Source: Felis catus
Lineage: Eukaryota
Assembly: GCF_018350175.1 (NCBI RefSeq)
Contig: NC_058368.1
Location: 151,406,001-151,470,000, forward strand
Direction: 5' to 3'
Length of the DNA stretch: 64,000 nt
The notes below the pieces were generated by a model. That model was not told the DNA's origin and made no database searches. It saw nothing but the letters and a program-made list of their open reading frames with translations. The translations under genes were made by a program, and so were the position numbers. Shown piece after piece: positions 50,162 to 62,980 of this stretch; within the stretch, counting starts at the first letter, position 1, and each line of letters opens with the position of its first letter.

Positions 50162-50389
50162 GGGGCGCCTGGGTGGCTCAGTCGGTTAAGCGTCTGACTT
50201 TGGCTCAGGTCATGATCTCGCAGTCTGTGAGTTTGAGCCCTGCGTCGGGCTTTGTGCTGACAGTTTGGAGCCTGGAGCCTGTCTCAGATTCTGTAGCTCC
50301 CTCTCTCTCTCTGACCCTCCCTGCTTCATGCTCTGTCTCTCTCTGTCTGAAAAATAAATGTTAAAAAAAATAAAAAAAATGAAAAATAA
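50162..50389 (+). mobile_element. Can-SINE (fairly young)
   Basis: Perfect TSD aaaaaagaagttac 50148-50161 / 50390-50403. Confidence 0.97.
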
Positions 50390-51649
50390 AAAAAAGAAGT
50401 TACTAGCAACCTAATGAGTTTGAAGAACATGTAAGAACAGATTTTTGTATAAATTTGATTTTGTTTTCCATTGAACTTTGAAGTTAACATTTATAAACAT
50501 TTTAAAGGTAGTTACTTGGTTATGTTTGTTTGTTTGTTTGTTTGTTTTTGTTACTTGGTTATCTTTAAGGCTTTTTTAACTCAGGGTAGTGTACCTAGCA
50601 TTCTACATCTTGATGGTGGGAGTAGATCGTAAAGATTTACCTCTTCATTTGTTCAGTGGATCCATTCAACACATTTATGGAACAACTGCTGTGTGCTGGG
50701 CACTGGCATGTAAGATTCAGATTCATCAAGAAGAAATGATTACATCAAAAGGAATTTTGGAAAGCTTTGAAAAAAAGGGCCTTAGGGTTGGAAAGGAGAA
50801 AATAAAAAGGCAAGACTAATAGTGACAAAGAGGAGACCTATACTATATGGCAAAATAAGACCAGAAATAAAATGTTTGACTAGAACACAATATCAAGAAC
50901 AAATTTATACACAATAGGCTTTTAATTAAATAAGGAGTGAATGAATGAGTGAATAACTCTTTTTTCAATTTCCATGTCATAAAGACTACCATGACAAATT
51001 CTACAGGTAAAAATCTCTTTGCCTCTTACTAATTGACTGATCTAGACAAAGAATGAAAAGGTTGGCATTAGGAAAAAAGGAATTGTAATGAGGAAAAACA
51101 TGTCAAGAGAATGAAAATATTTTTAGAAGAAAATAAAAAGTAAAAACCAATTTGCTGATATTTTTCAGATTTTTTCTTTAAGCCAGTTTATTATTTCACT
51201 TATTATAATGCTATGCTTAAACATATATCTCAATAAAGATGAAATGTTTGACAAAATGTTTTTTTTACTTATATAAAAGAATACTTTTTAATTATCTTTT
51301 ATTTTTGCTTCTTTGACTAGTATCAAGAAAAGTAATGTTTTAAATACTATTGTTTTTAAAAAAAGTTAATAGTATGTTAGTCATTAATAATCTCTAGAGA
51401 TTTCTTCTAAATTAAATTACCTAACAAGCTTAAATTGCTTATTGCTAGCTCTCTCTCATGTTTAAATGATGTATCATTAGCTGGTTTTGGGTATTTCTTA
51501 ACTTTCTAGTCAGACTTGATTTTATAATCTAGTTTCCTCTCTCCATTTGTTATATTCAGCCATCTGATTTCTGTCTCTGGAAATAATCACAGCAATGTGT
51601 ATACATCAGTTAAAAAGAAAAACTGAACGTGTTATTATGAAAACTATCT

Positions 51650-52745
51650 TAATTTTAAAAATTGTGTTCATATATACATAACAAAATGTACTGTTTTAAC
51701 CATGTTTAGAAGTGAACAGTTCTGTGGTGTTAAATATATTCATACTGTTGCACAACCACCACTGCCATCCATCTCCAGAACTTTTTCATATTCTCCACTG
51801 ATATATTGTACCCATTAAACACCATTTCCCTCTTCCTTCTTCCCCCAGTCCCTGGCAGCCATCATTCTACTTCGTGTCTCTATATGTTTGACCTCATATA
51901 AGTGGAATCATACCATATTGTCTTATTGTATCTGGCTCATTTCACTTTGCACAATGTCTTCAAGGTTGTAATGTTGCCCACGTTGCAACTTACGTCAGAA
52001 TTGCCTTTCCTTGTAAGGCTGAATATATTTTGTTTATCCACATTCTCAGCAGTACTTGTTATTTTCTATTTATTATTATTTTTTGATAATTGCCATATTG
52101 ATGGTTGTGCAGTGGAATCTCGTTACAGCCTTGGTTAACATTTCCCTAATGATAGTGATGTGGAGCATCTTTTTGTTTGCTTATTAGCCAGTGTGTATCT
52201 TTTTTGGAGATATGTCTATTCAAGTTCTTGCCCATTTTTAATTTGATTATATGTTTTTGTTGTTGAATTATTAGAGTTCTTTATATATTCTGGATATCAA
52301 TCCCTTATCAGATATGTGATTCACAAATACTTTCTCTCTTTCGATTGCCTTTTTCCCCCTACTCTGTTTTTAGTGGGCTTTGTTGCAAAAAACATTTTTT
52401 AATTTTAATGAAGTCCAGTTTATCCATTTTTCTTTTGTTGCTTGGGTTTTTGGTGCAATATCCCATAAATCTTTGCCATATCCAATGCCATGCAGCTTTT
52501 CCCCTATGTGTCCTTAGAGTTTTATTATCTTAGCTCCTATGTTTGGATTTGATCGATTTTAAATTAGTTATTGTATATAATGTAAGGTCATGGGTCAAAC
52601 ACCATTCTTTTGCATGTGGATTTCCAGATTGCCCATCATTGTTTGTCAAAACAATGTCCTTCCTCCATTGGATAGTCCTGACACCCTTTTTGAAAACAAT
52701 GTGATCATATATGTAAGGGTTTACTTTTGGGCTCTTTGTTTATGA
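51650..52745 (-). mobile_element. Ancient L1 (L1MB-like) 3' region
   Basis: tacataacaaaatgtactgttttaacc...catctccagaactttttcat 3' end; tatattctggatatcaatcccttatcagatatg ORF2 remnant. Confidence 0.85.
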
Positions 52746-52784
52746 CAATTACTTCCTTTTCTGCAAGTGATTAATATTTGTTTT

Positions 52785-53190
52785 TATTAAGACTTTATTT
52801 TTTTAGGGCAGTTTAACATTCACAGCAAAATTGAAAGATGGTACAGATATTTCCCATATACTCCTTGCCTCTACTCAATTATTTCTTAATGAACTTTTTA
52901 CTTGGGAATAATTTTAGACTTACATAAAAGTTGGAAAGATAGTACAGAGAGTTGTTATATACCCCCTTCCCTAATTTTCCCTATTTTTACCATCTTACAT
53001 TACCATGATACATTTCTTAAAATGAAGAAACCTGTTAGCTAAACCCCATGCTATTCATATTTCACTGATTTTTCTATTAATGTTTCAGGATCTAATGAAG
53101 AATAATACATTGCATCTTAGTCTCCTTCGATCTGTGATAATTTCTCAGTTTTTCCTTGTTGTTCATGACCTTGAGAGTCTTGAGAACTTC
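52785..53190 (-). mobile_element. Two ancient L1 (L1MC/MD-like) 3'-end fragments
   Basis: gactttattttttagggcagtttaacattcacagcaaaattga; ttagacttacataaaagttggaaagatagtacagagag. Confidence 0.7.
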
Positions 53191-53555
53191 TGAGAAATAG
53201 AAGTAGAAAACCTTGAATTTATCAGCTTCTTCTCAAGAAAACCAAAGCCATTCAAGCAGTGTAGTAAACATACATGTCCAGTGGTTTTGTTAAACAAAGA
53301 ATTGACCTTTATGACTTATTTCCTCAATAGAAAATGTCTTAACATTACGTATAATTCTTAGAAAATTCACTATCAAGGGCATTCCAAAATTTCCAGAAAA
53401 AACTTGCCATGACAACAGATCCATAGTGAATAATGGTTTACTAGAGACTTTTTTACTCTTTTTGGTTGAAAGGCATTCAGTCAGGTATTCTTTACTTTGC
53501 AAAAGGTAGATGTTTAAGAGTAATTGGAAAAAAATTCTTTTTCATTGGTATTTTT

Positions 53556-53743
53556 TATGTGTGTTTATTTTGAGAGAGAAAGAAAGCATGAGTTGGGGAG
53601 GGGCAGAGAGAGAGAGAGAGAATCCCAAGTAGGCTCTACACCATGAGCACGGAGCCTGATGTGGGGCCCCAAACTCAGGAAACATGAGGTTATGACCTGA
53701 GTTGAAAACAGACACTTAACCGACTGAGCCACCCTGGCATCCC
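53556..53743 (-). mobile_element. Can-SINE
   Basis: TSD tttca(t/c)tggtattttt 53540-53555 / 53744-53759. Confidence 0.93.
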
Positions 53744-53884
53744 TTTCACTGGTATTTTTAAACAGTCTTTGAAATAGTGAAAACAGTGTTTATTCATATC
53801 CTTTAGCTCTGGGAAAATTAACCAATTGCCTCTTATCCCATTTTAATTCTGTGCCTTTAAGAGAAATACAGTTGTTTCTTTTTT

Positions 53885-54099
53885 ATTTTTAATTTTTTTT
53901 CAACGTTTATTTATTTTTGGGACAGAGAGAGACAGAACATGAACGGGGGAGGGGCAGAGAGGGAGACACAGAATCGGAAACAGGCTCCAGGCTCTGAGCC
54001 ATCAGCCCAGAGCCTGACGCGGGGCTCGAGCTCTCGGACCGCAAGATCGTGACCTGGCTGAAGTCGGACGCTTAACCGACTGCACCACCCAGGCGCCCC
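53885..54099 (-). mobile_element. Young SINEC_Fc-type SINE
   Basis: Near-consensus and CpG-rich; TSD agtt(at)gtttcttttt. Confidence 0.96.
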
Positions 54100-54160
54100 A
54101 GTTATGTTTCTTTTTAATGAAAGTAGTAATGATGTGCTCTTTAGAAGATTTAGCAGTCTT

Positions 54161-54373
54161 GGGGCGCCTGGGTGGCTCAGTTGGTTAAGCATATGACTTC
54201 AGCTCAGGTCATGATCTCACGGTCCATGAGTTCGAGCCCAGCATCGGGCTCTATGCTGACAGCTCAGAGCCTGGAGCCTGTTTCAGATTCTGTGTCTCCC
54301 TCTATCTCTCTCCTCCCCCGCCCATGCTCTCTCTCTTCTCAAAAATAAATAAACGTTAAAAAAATTTTAAAAC
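54161..54373 (+). mobile_element. Can-SINE
   Basis: TSD aagatttagcagtctt 54145-54160 / aagagttagcaggctt 54374-54389. Confidence 0.95.
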
Positions 54374-55232
54374 AAGAGTTAGCAGGCTTTAGTAATGAAA
54401 AATTGAGAGAAAACAATTTTGTGATACATGTGAATCTTTTCATCTAAAATATAATACTCATTGCTGTTAGTACATGTTATCTATTCTGCACTTTGTTGAA
54501 ACTCAACATTCAATGCTTTTTAGATTTTTAAAAGAAACAAAAATGAAATATACTTACTTTTGGGATTAGTAAAAACAGTATTGAACACAGTATATGACAA
54601 ATTATGATTCTTACTGGATACTATCAAAGGTCCAAATACCCTGCTTTCTCTAGATGAAGAATGAATAAAGACTTCTTTCCTAATTTTCAGTGATTTAAGT
54701 ACACTAGATATTTTTATGGCCCTCAATATTGTGTAGGATATTTTTTATAGTTGGATTTCCACTCTAAAAAAATTCTAGGCAAATGATTTTGATCGAGACT
54801 GTCTAAAAATAAAAATCTGCCATGGTTACCATAGGCTTATCATTTCTCCTATTGACCACAGCCCTCATTCTGTGCACAGAATTCTTGTTATTGTCTCTCA
54901 GTCTCCATTGCTTTTTGCATTGGACTTTTAAACAAAATATATAGTAGAGATGATTACAGGATATGTATATATCCATTGTGATTGCTGTAGATCTTTTGTT
55001 GTTGTTGTGTTTTGTTTTTTTGTCTTAGTAATACAAAGGTAGCCTTGAGGATTGAATACCATATGTGCAAAGGTGAAACTAACAAGTCTTCATACACTCC
55101 CTATGTGGTTATCAGTTCATTACATAAATAAATTTCCTGCTTTGCAGATACTTAAAATGTGCAGTAAGGATATCTTAGGAACATCTTTTATTATTCAGCT
55201 CCAAGCAGCACACTACTAAATTTTGCCTTGAA

Positions 55233-55276
55233 TAAACAAAACAAAACAAAACAAAACAAAACAAAATAAAACAAAA
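55233..55276. repeat. (AAAAC)n microsatellite
   Basis: Read directly. Confidence 0.93.
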
Positions 55277-57621
55277 CTTGGCCTTTACTTAAAAGTAGTG
55301 ATTAACATGGGTATCACTTATGTAACCAGGTATGTTCTTATCTTTCTAGGTACATGTTGATATCAGGATTAGCAGATGACTTCATTGACCCTATTATAAA
55401 TCTGTTTTGGTAGAAACAAGTATATTTGTAAGCAAAATTTTATTCCCAGCCTGGTTTCTTATCCTGTGTGATAACCATCTGAAATAACTCATGCACAGTC
55501 AAGGGTAACCTGAAGAAATGAATTGAGATTACATTTGTGTTATACTCCTCTGTGAGCTGTTCAATTTTATTACTCTATGTAGTTGTCAGCTGTGGTGTTC
55601 TTCTGAACTGTAGTTGTGGTCAAAAAGATCAATCAACAAAGATACGAAAAACTTGGACAAACCACTCAGGTAATTTTTCAATTAAGAAGAATAAGATCCC
55701 CAAATCCCATTTTAATTGAGAAACTGCCAGGGTAAGTAAAATCTTCCCCCTTGTCCCATCAAAAACCCAGGGTAAGTGAGAAAATATTAATGAGGTGTTA
55801 GTAAGAAGAGTGGTGCTATAAAAACAACAAAACTAGGTGAAACAAAGATAGAAATGCACAATCAGTATTATCCTGTACTTAATTTAAACCAGTAATGTAA
55901 TGATTCCGTAGCGATACTAAGGCATCTAACTCCACAGAGTGGGAGATCCACTATCATCAATTTGACAGGTAAAGCAGTTGTAGGTATCTTCTTACTTTTG
56001 GCTCTATTAATGTGTATAGCTTATTTTACTATGAAATAGAATTTTTCCAATTGTTTTTGTACTAAAAAGTAACAACAACAGTTTCAGTGCTAGTCTTAAC
56101 ATGATTGTATTATAATCATCAAGGTTTTAAAAAAATTGTCTCAAAGGTTAATCTTGGTGATCATCACATTATACTTACTCTTATTCTTATCAGTTATATT
56201 TAGTGGCAGATTGCAAGCTTTCCTTATTATCTTGTTAAATCAAGAGGTGAAAGCCTTTCAAGGCTTCTCTTTTTAAACATCTTTTATTAATGCTAATATG
56301 CCAGATGGGAGAAATTAAAATGGTTCTGTTCTTCATGCTGCCACTACCCACAATTTTACCACATCATTTGCTGGTTAAGGAAGCATACAAAAATGATAGG
56401 TAGAGCACACAGTTGTAAAAGTTCAGAAATGATGGAATTTCTTGTCGCAGAAAAACCTTTCTTCATCTGACAAGAAAAAATGCCATCATTCTCTGAACAT
56501 ACCTAAGGAACATTGATAAAGATGGGATTAATATAGTTGGAACTCATATACAGTATAATATTTCTCAGTTACTCATGTTTGTTTCACTCTTAGATTGCAG
56601 CCAAATACTAGCAAAATGATTATACAAGAACAGTCCCTCTTGGTTCATTGGGTTAATTGTCCAGAGAAGCTAGGTTCATTTAAATGTTGCTTCTTTCTCA
56701 TTTCCTCATCCTTTGGGAAATCAGTGGCCCCAGTGAATGCCTACTTACTCTTCTTACAGGTCTTTGGAAATATGTACAAAATGTTTCAGCAGGTTAGACC
56801 CATCTATCTGGGAGAATATTTTCAAATCTTCAAACTTCCCATAGACAATGTCGGATAAGCTTTGGACTCTGAGCAAGTCAGAGTCTCAATGGTTATTCCA
56901 TTCGGTCTTTTAAGACTTGAGAAGCAATACTGAGATGTGCATGAAAAGTGGTTTTATTATAAGGATAAGCTTGTAGTGACTCTAACTTTTGCTTAAGTCA
57001 TTTGAAACTTAGGTTTATAGTATTTAATAATAATTGAATGTAATTTGAAACTAGTTAGTTTCTGCTCACCCTGTAATTGATTAGGCCTTTCTGGTTGAGA
57101 ACTCTGGGTCCAGGAAATGTCCAATGTTGTTCTGTTCTTTATGAGGAAAAATTGCTTTTAGTGGAATCCCCAGTATGAATTGAAAGTGAGTACAGTATTT
57201 TCCTTTCATTCTACTCTTACATCAGTAAGGGCTCCCTGTTTTTTTCTCTCCTGACTCTGATTTGACTGCATCTCTTCCTAAGTATGTTTCCCACAGTCCA
57301 GATTTGTCCAAAGATCAAAGAGTGAATGCTAAGAATTAATGGCTACATATGGTTGATATATTTTTAAATTGTATTAGACTTTACTTGCCTGACATAGCTT
57401 AGATCTGTAGCAGAAAAATAGATGAAAGTCAGTGTTGATTGTTGGAAAAAGAATAATAGGAAACTCAAAAGCACAATGAAACTAGCATCAAAATATTTAT
57501 GTTCAAGACCAGGATCTTAAATTTTATTAGTGTTCCATCTCTGGTGATTCACTTAGTTTCTCTGAGCTTCACTTTCCTTGCTGGGAGTCATTCGGTAGTA
57601 TAGCCTTGCATCCATTCACTA

Positions 57622-57627
57622 AATATA

Positions 57628-57677
<50 letters not shown>
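57622..57677. repeat. (TA)n microsatellite
   Basis: Read directly. Confidence 0.95.
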
Positions 57678-57679
<2 letters not shown>

Positions 57680-60600
57680 TTGAGGACAAATGATGTCTTC
57701 ATTTTATTTTCTTCAAAGAATTGTTGCTTTTGATACGGGAACCACATGAAATGTAAAGTACGTGTCAAATAAATGATCATCACATTGTTTCTGTAGCTTA
57801 CTCGGCAAAGAAACATAGAAACAATTTTAATAGCTCCTCTGAGTAGATTTTGCCTTTGTAATGACTTCCCTACATTTAGTTAATTTTAAAGAACCAGTGG
57901 TATGTTTATGTAGGTATGCACCTAGAAGGATAACCAGGAAGCTATTTCAATCTATAAAGAAGAGAGTGTGTTTAGAATTCAGTTTTTCATCTAATTCTGC
58001 TGCACATTCATATCTGACGAAAAAACAAAAACAACTATCACCACAAACATGGACGATGGCAACAACAACAGCAACACAACAAAACACTATTTCTTGCCAG
58101 CAGCTAGGAAGAGTTATTTCCATTTTTCCGTATGTACAGGTCTTTCAGACTACATATGGAATCTAATGAATATGGAAATCACTTACCATTAATATAATTA
58201 AATGTTAAAATAATATTGACCTATGTATAACTGTAAAAAATTTAAGACTACAATGTTAGGACTTCTCTATTTAAGATATATCTGCATTTAACAAATTGTT
58301 CTTAGCAATTTGTATTTTCATAAAAACAACATACAGTGTTGTTCAACTTCTGCCCCTGTAATTTTCAGGCTGTTTGCCCATTGCCACAGTCTGCTAAACC
58401 TCTATTCCTTTTTAACAATTTCGGAGGAAGAAATCCACACAAAGAACCATCATAAGACAGAGCTGTGTAAGGCAGAGACTAAAGGTGGGAGAGACACCAT
58501 GATGGCAGGGCAGCTGACTTCATTTTTAAGTAGGAAAAAGGCAGCACTCAGACACCAGACCAGATCAGAAGCACATGGTCAATAAGAGCAGAGCAGCAGA
58601 CCCTGGAACTGATAGCAAAGTAGGAGTGTCCCAGATGTCAAACAGCTCTATTTTTTGGTCCACTTGTTTCTTGTTTGTTTGTTTGTTTTAAATCCATTAG
58701 AGTTATAAAAATTGCCTAAAAAGGAATTATATTTCATTTTCTGCAATTCATTTCAAAAACAGCAAAATAATATATTTACTCCATAAAAATTGTATTAGTT
58801 GGCATTCACTAGTGCCAGCTCTGGTCTGCTAGCTATCCCAATCATATTCCATGCCTCTTCATGTTTTTATTTTAGGTGAATTCCAGAATCTGCATGGAGA
58901 AAATATGCTCAAAGATTTCTCTCACAAACATGATTTTTTTTCATATTGTTATAAAAAAGGAGAATAAAGATACATGAAAGACTACTCCATGTTTGGACTG
59001 GCTGGCAAAATTATTAAACCCAACATATATAGAAAAGTTGACTTTTAAGAGGAAATTTTGGCCCATAATAGCTGAATGTATTATGAAGTCTGGCTTGATA
59101 TAAGACTACAGGGACATTAATGCAAAACTTCCTTATTTATTAGGACAATGTCAGGGAAATTGGATTAAAAACTAAAATGGGGGAATTTGACTGATAGATT
59201 GTTGTCCCATGAAAGCCTTGACCAAAAAGACCTTCATCTTATCCATAGAGAAGGTTCATTCAACCATTATATCGAGGGCCTGCCAGACACTATCCAAAGT
59301 GAGGTGTTTTCTTTCTGTTCTTATTTTGCCCAAGTACATTCATCTTCGGTACAGTTTGGCAACCAGGAATTTGTCATCGTCAAGGAAAATATTCAGTATA
59401 AGGAGTCTGTGCAATATGACTCTGTTTAGATCTAGGAACATACAACTCCATGCAGATAACCTAACACCAGATTAGAAAGCTTGTCAGAACTCCTTACTTC
59501 TTACTTTTTTGAGTCTGGAAGGTTTAACACATTTCCTTTAGTAAAGAATGAACTGCACAGATTATGGAAATGTCATAATGAGCATTTATAATAGTACTGT
59601 ATACATAGCTCCTTAGATAATATTTTCACTGTGGTCAATTAAGTTCTTCCAGCATATGCATTCTTATCCCTGTGTGCTGACAAAGAAACTGGGTTCCAAG
59701 ACCCTCAGGGAGAGAAAATTAGATTCTCAAAACTGGGGTAGTAAAGGATGGACCTAGGACTGAAAGTCAGAAATTCTGACTCAGAGTTCTGTGCTCAGTG
59801 TTTCCCATACTGCTGCCTTCCTTCCCAATGCAATAAAGGCAAAGAAACTGAGTTCATAAACGAATATTCTCAAGATTAACTTATGTGATCTAGAAGCAGA
59901 AAATATAGTATAGGTCTTAGAAAACTCTGGCCATATTTTCAAGATCTAAAAATTGAATTGGCCTAGATATACTTCGGTACATATGGATATGTTCTGAGAC
60001 CGCTTTGGAAATTTTGATTGCGAGGGCAGGAAACACCCCACTTTTGTTTCAGAAATTCTTAGCTGGTTGTGATAAGTTTTGTGCCACAAACACATTAAGT
60101 TGACAGATATATGATAAATATGGTTCACATTACTATAAATTAAAAGTGAGTACCACTTAAAAGTAAATATGCTAATATAAAAATAAGATTGGTTTTATAT
60201 ATTTAAATAATTTATTCATTGATTATTATCACCTAAAAGTTCAGTTTTATAACTGAAGAAACTGATATTAATGAAGGCACTGAGTTGTTGAATAGGAAGC
60301 CTTTTGTCAGTCTGGGTTTAAAACTGCACTTGTCCATTCTTGTGTTGTCTAAGGAGCAATTTTAGCTTTGTACATGTTCTGCCAAAGCAAAAGGTGAAAT
60401 CAAAGGTTAGCACAATCTCCTTGTTAAATAAGGACAAGGAAGGTTATTTCATGTATATTTTAAATTCAGTTTTTCTGAGTGACCTTGTCTCATTGCAAAA
60501 TGGAAGACTGAAATACATGCACAGTACATAGAATTGAAACCCTTTCATACCATGTTCCGTTTATGTTTCAAGTATTAAATATATGGGTAATTTCAAATGA

Positions 60601-61919
60601 GGCACCATATAAACTTATTTTTTCAAATGCCCTCACTACAGAATGGCTGTTATGGTAAGGACCCACCCAGTCAAACAAGTGGAGTTTAGAGGTTAGACTT
60701 CTGGCTGTGACAGTATATGGGATTTAGCTTGCTACAAGTTAAAAAAGACACATCTTAATTAAGATAAAAATAGTAAATTGCCTAAATATTGAACACATGT
60801 ATGAGAATAAAATAAATAAATGACTAATACATGGTTTTAAAATCTGGATAAATGTTTAAAATGTTTCTTCAATTAAAGCCTGCAAAAGATATAACCTATA
60901 AATACAACTTTTGGAACTGGCTTTATTTTTTGTTACTATGAATATGGTGTATTTGATGTGCTGCTAATAGTTTCTTCTGCCAACTACATTCATTTGATGA
61001 ACCATATCCAGGTTTTTAAATGGTGGGCAGCAGAGTAGATGCTGCTCACCCCACTGCTGGGTGGGGGTTGCAGGGTAGGAAGGAGGCTGTCTTGCATTCC
61101 CGCCCCCCTTTTCCCCTTTCCTTCCTCCTGTCTCCTCTCCTTACCTACTTTCTTCCTCCTTTTGTTCTAAAATCATTTATTGAACCTTTACCATGATTTA
61201 AGTACTTTGCCAGAACCTGGTGATAAAGGATAAAATAACCACAGTGCTGCTTTTCTGACAGTGAAGAAATCAAACTGGTGAACTGGCAATTACAATTCAA
61301 TGGAGTAGATTCTCTAATCGGGAAGTTAAGGGGTGCTATGGGGTCCCCTGTCCAGTACCTTGAAGGAAGGAGAAAACCTCTTGGAGGAAATTACATGTAA
61401 ATGGAGGACTAATTTATCATTCTTCCCTCTTCTTTAAGAATTTCTTACTTCTGTAAAATTAAGAAGGCACTCAAATCTTCTCCACCTTCAGTTGTATTTT
61501 CCTTGTATGCCTACACCTGCCTTGGGCTGTAGCTCATGTTCACAGTCAGCTGCCTTCCCTAATCTCAATTCTTGTTTTCCAGTTGTATTTATTTTACTCC
61601 ATTTGTGTATAGTTTATTGCTTCCTTGCATTTCTCCAGATAGAGGGCAAGGATTGATTCTTATTTACCTTTTTGGTCCTCCACTTACAAACTCTGCTCCT
61701 CATAACCCAGAGTGTATCATTGTTTCTAGCACAGAAGTCTCTGATGGAACTAAAATGATTTATGGATTTTTTAAATTCATTCACTCAAAGAATTGATTAA
61801 TTATCTACCATGTGCAGGAAAAGGAGAACAGAAGTGAACATCCATAATGAATAAACACATTTAGTAGAGAAGATCAGACATATTCCCACATAGGTTCAGT
61901 TGAAAGAATTAGTTTATAA

Positions 61920-62980
61920 TAATTCATTCTTCTGTTCAACAGCTGTTTATTGAATGCCTACCATGTGCCACTCCCCATTTTATAGAGCTAACATTCTAAT
62001 TGGGAGATATTGACAAGTAAGCAGATAAATGAATATGATGGTTTCAGGTAGTAATAAAAGTGCTAGTAAAAAATTTAAAAATGTAATATGGTAGAAGATG
62101 TGTCAAAGAATTATGAGATATTGAGGCATCAGGGAAGCCCTTTATAAATAGGTACCATTTGAAGTGGGATCGGGATGGTGAGGAGGATCAGCTGTGGGAA
62201 GATCAGTCGCAAGGGAATTCAGGTGGAGGTGACGGCATGTTCAAGGAATGCATTTGACCTGTTTGAGGAAAGTAAAGAAGTGTAGTGAGGCTGATGACCT
62301 CACTAGTGAGTCTAGTCTAGGGAAGGAGTGGTTTTAGAGTAAAGGTGGAGAAGAAGGAATGGGTCAAATCATTATAACATCTTATAGGTCATGATAAGGA
62401 TTCTGAGTTTATTTTATTTTAATTTAATTTGTTTTTATTTTTTAAAAAATTTTAATGTTTATTTTTGAGAGAGACAGACAGAGACAGAGTGTGAACAGGG
62501 GTGGGGCGGAGAGACAGACACTGAATCCAAAGCAGGCTCCAGGCTCAGAGCTGTCAGCACAGAGCCCGACACAGGGCCCGACCCCACAAACTAGGAGATA
62601 ATGACCTGAGCTGAAATTGTATGCTTAACCGACTGAGCCACCCCAGGCACCCCTTAGGTTTTGTTTTAAATTCAATGAGAAATCACTGAAGAACTTTAAA
62701 TATGTGAGCATCATAATCTGCTTGGCACATTAAGAAGGAAACTTCAAGTATTATATGAAGAATGAATTTTAGAAAGAAGAAGATAGAGGCAGGGAGCCCT
62801 AGTTGGCAGCTATTACAGTGGTCCATGGAAAAGAAATGGTGCTTTAAATAGGAGAGGTGGTAGAGGAAACAGAAGTGGAAGAATTGGAGATACTCTGTGG
62901 AGGTACATTTAGCAGGACTTCCTGATGGTTGAGTACCAAGAGGAAAATAATGGATGAATTCATCAGTGACTCTTTGTGTC
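61920..62980 (-). mobile_element. L2 LINE 3' region, interrupted by a SINE
   Basis: ttcaacagctgtttattgaatgcctaccatgtgcca 3' end; ataggtcatgataaggattctgagttt and caggacttcctgatgg body. Confidence 0.75.
62410..62653 (-). mobile_element. Can-SINE
   Basis: Reverse-strand head ggggtgcctggggtggctcagtcggttaag, long AT-rich tail. Confidence 0.93.

Noticed and set aside
55727..55780. Two ccagggtaagt strong plus-strand donors about 40 bp apart
   Set aside because: No convincing upstream acceptor with an open frame; may be a short local duplication
59340..59430. Kinase-like ILHRLLILNIFLDDD on the minus strand
   Set aside because: Lacks the HRD Asp, the Lys and the DFG motif
62284..62306. Hairpin tagtgagg-ctgatga-cctcacta as an ncRNA
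   Set aside because: 8-bp stem inside an L2 fossil; too short for a pre-miRNA or snoRNA
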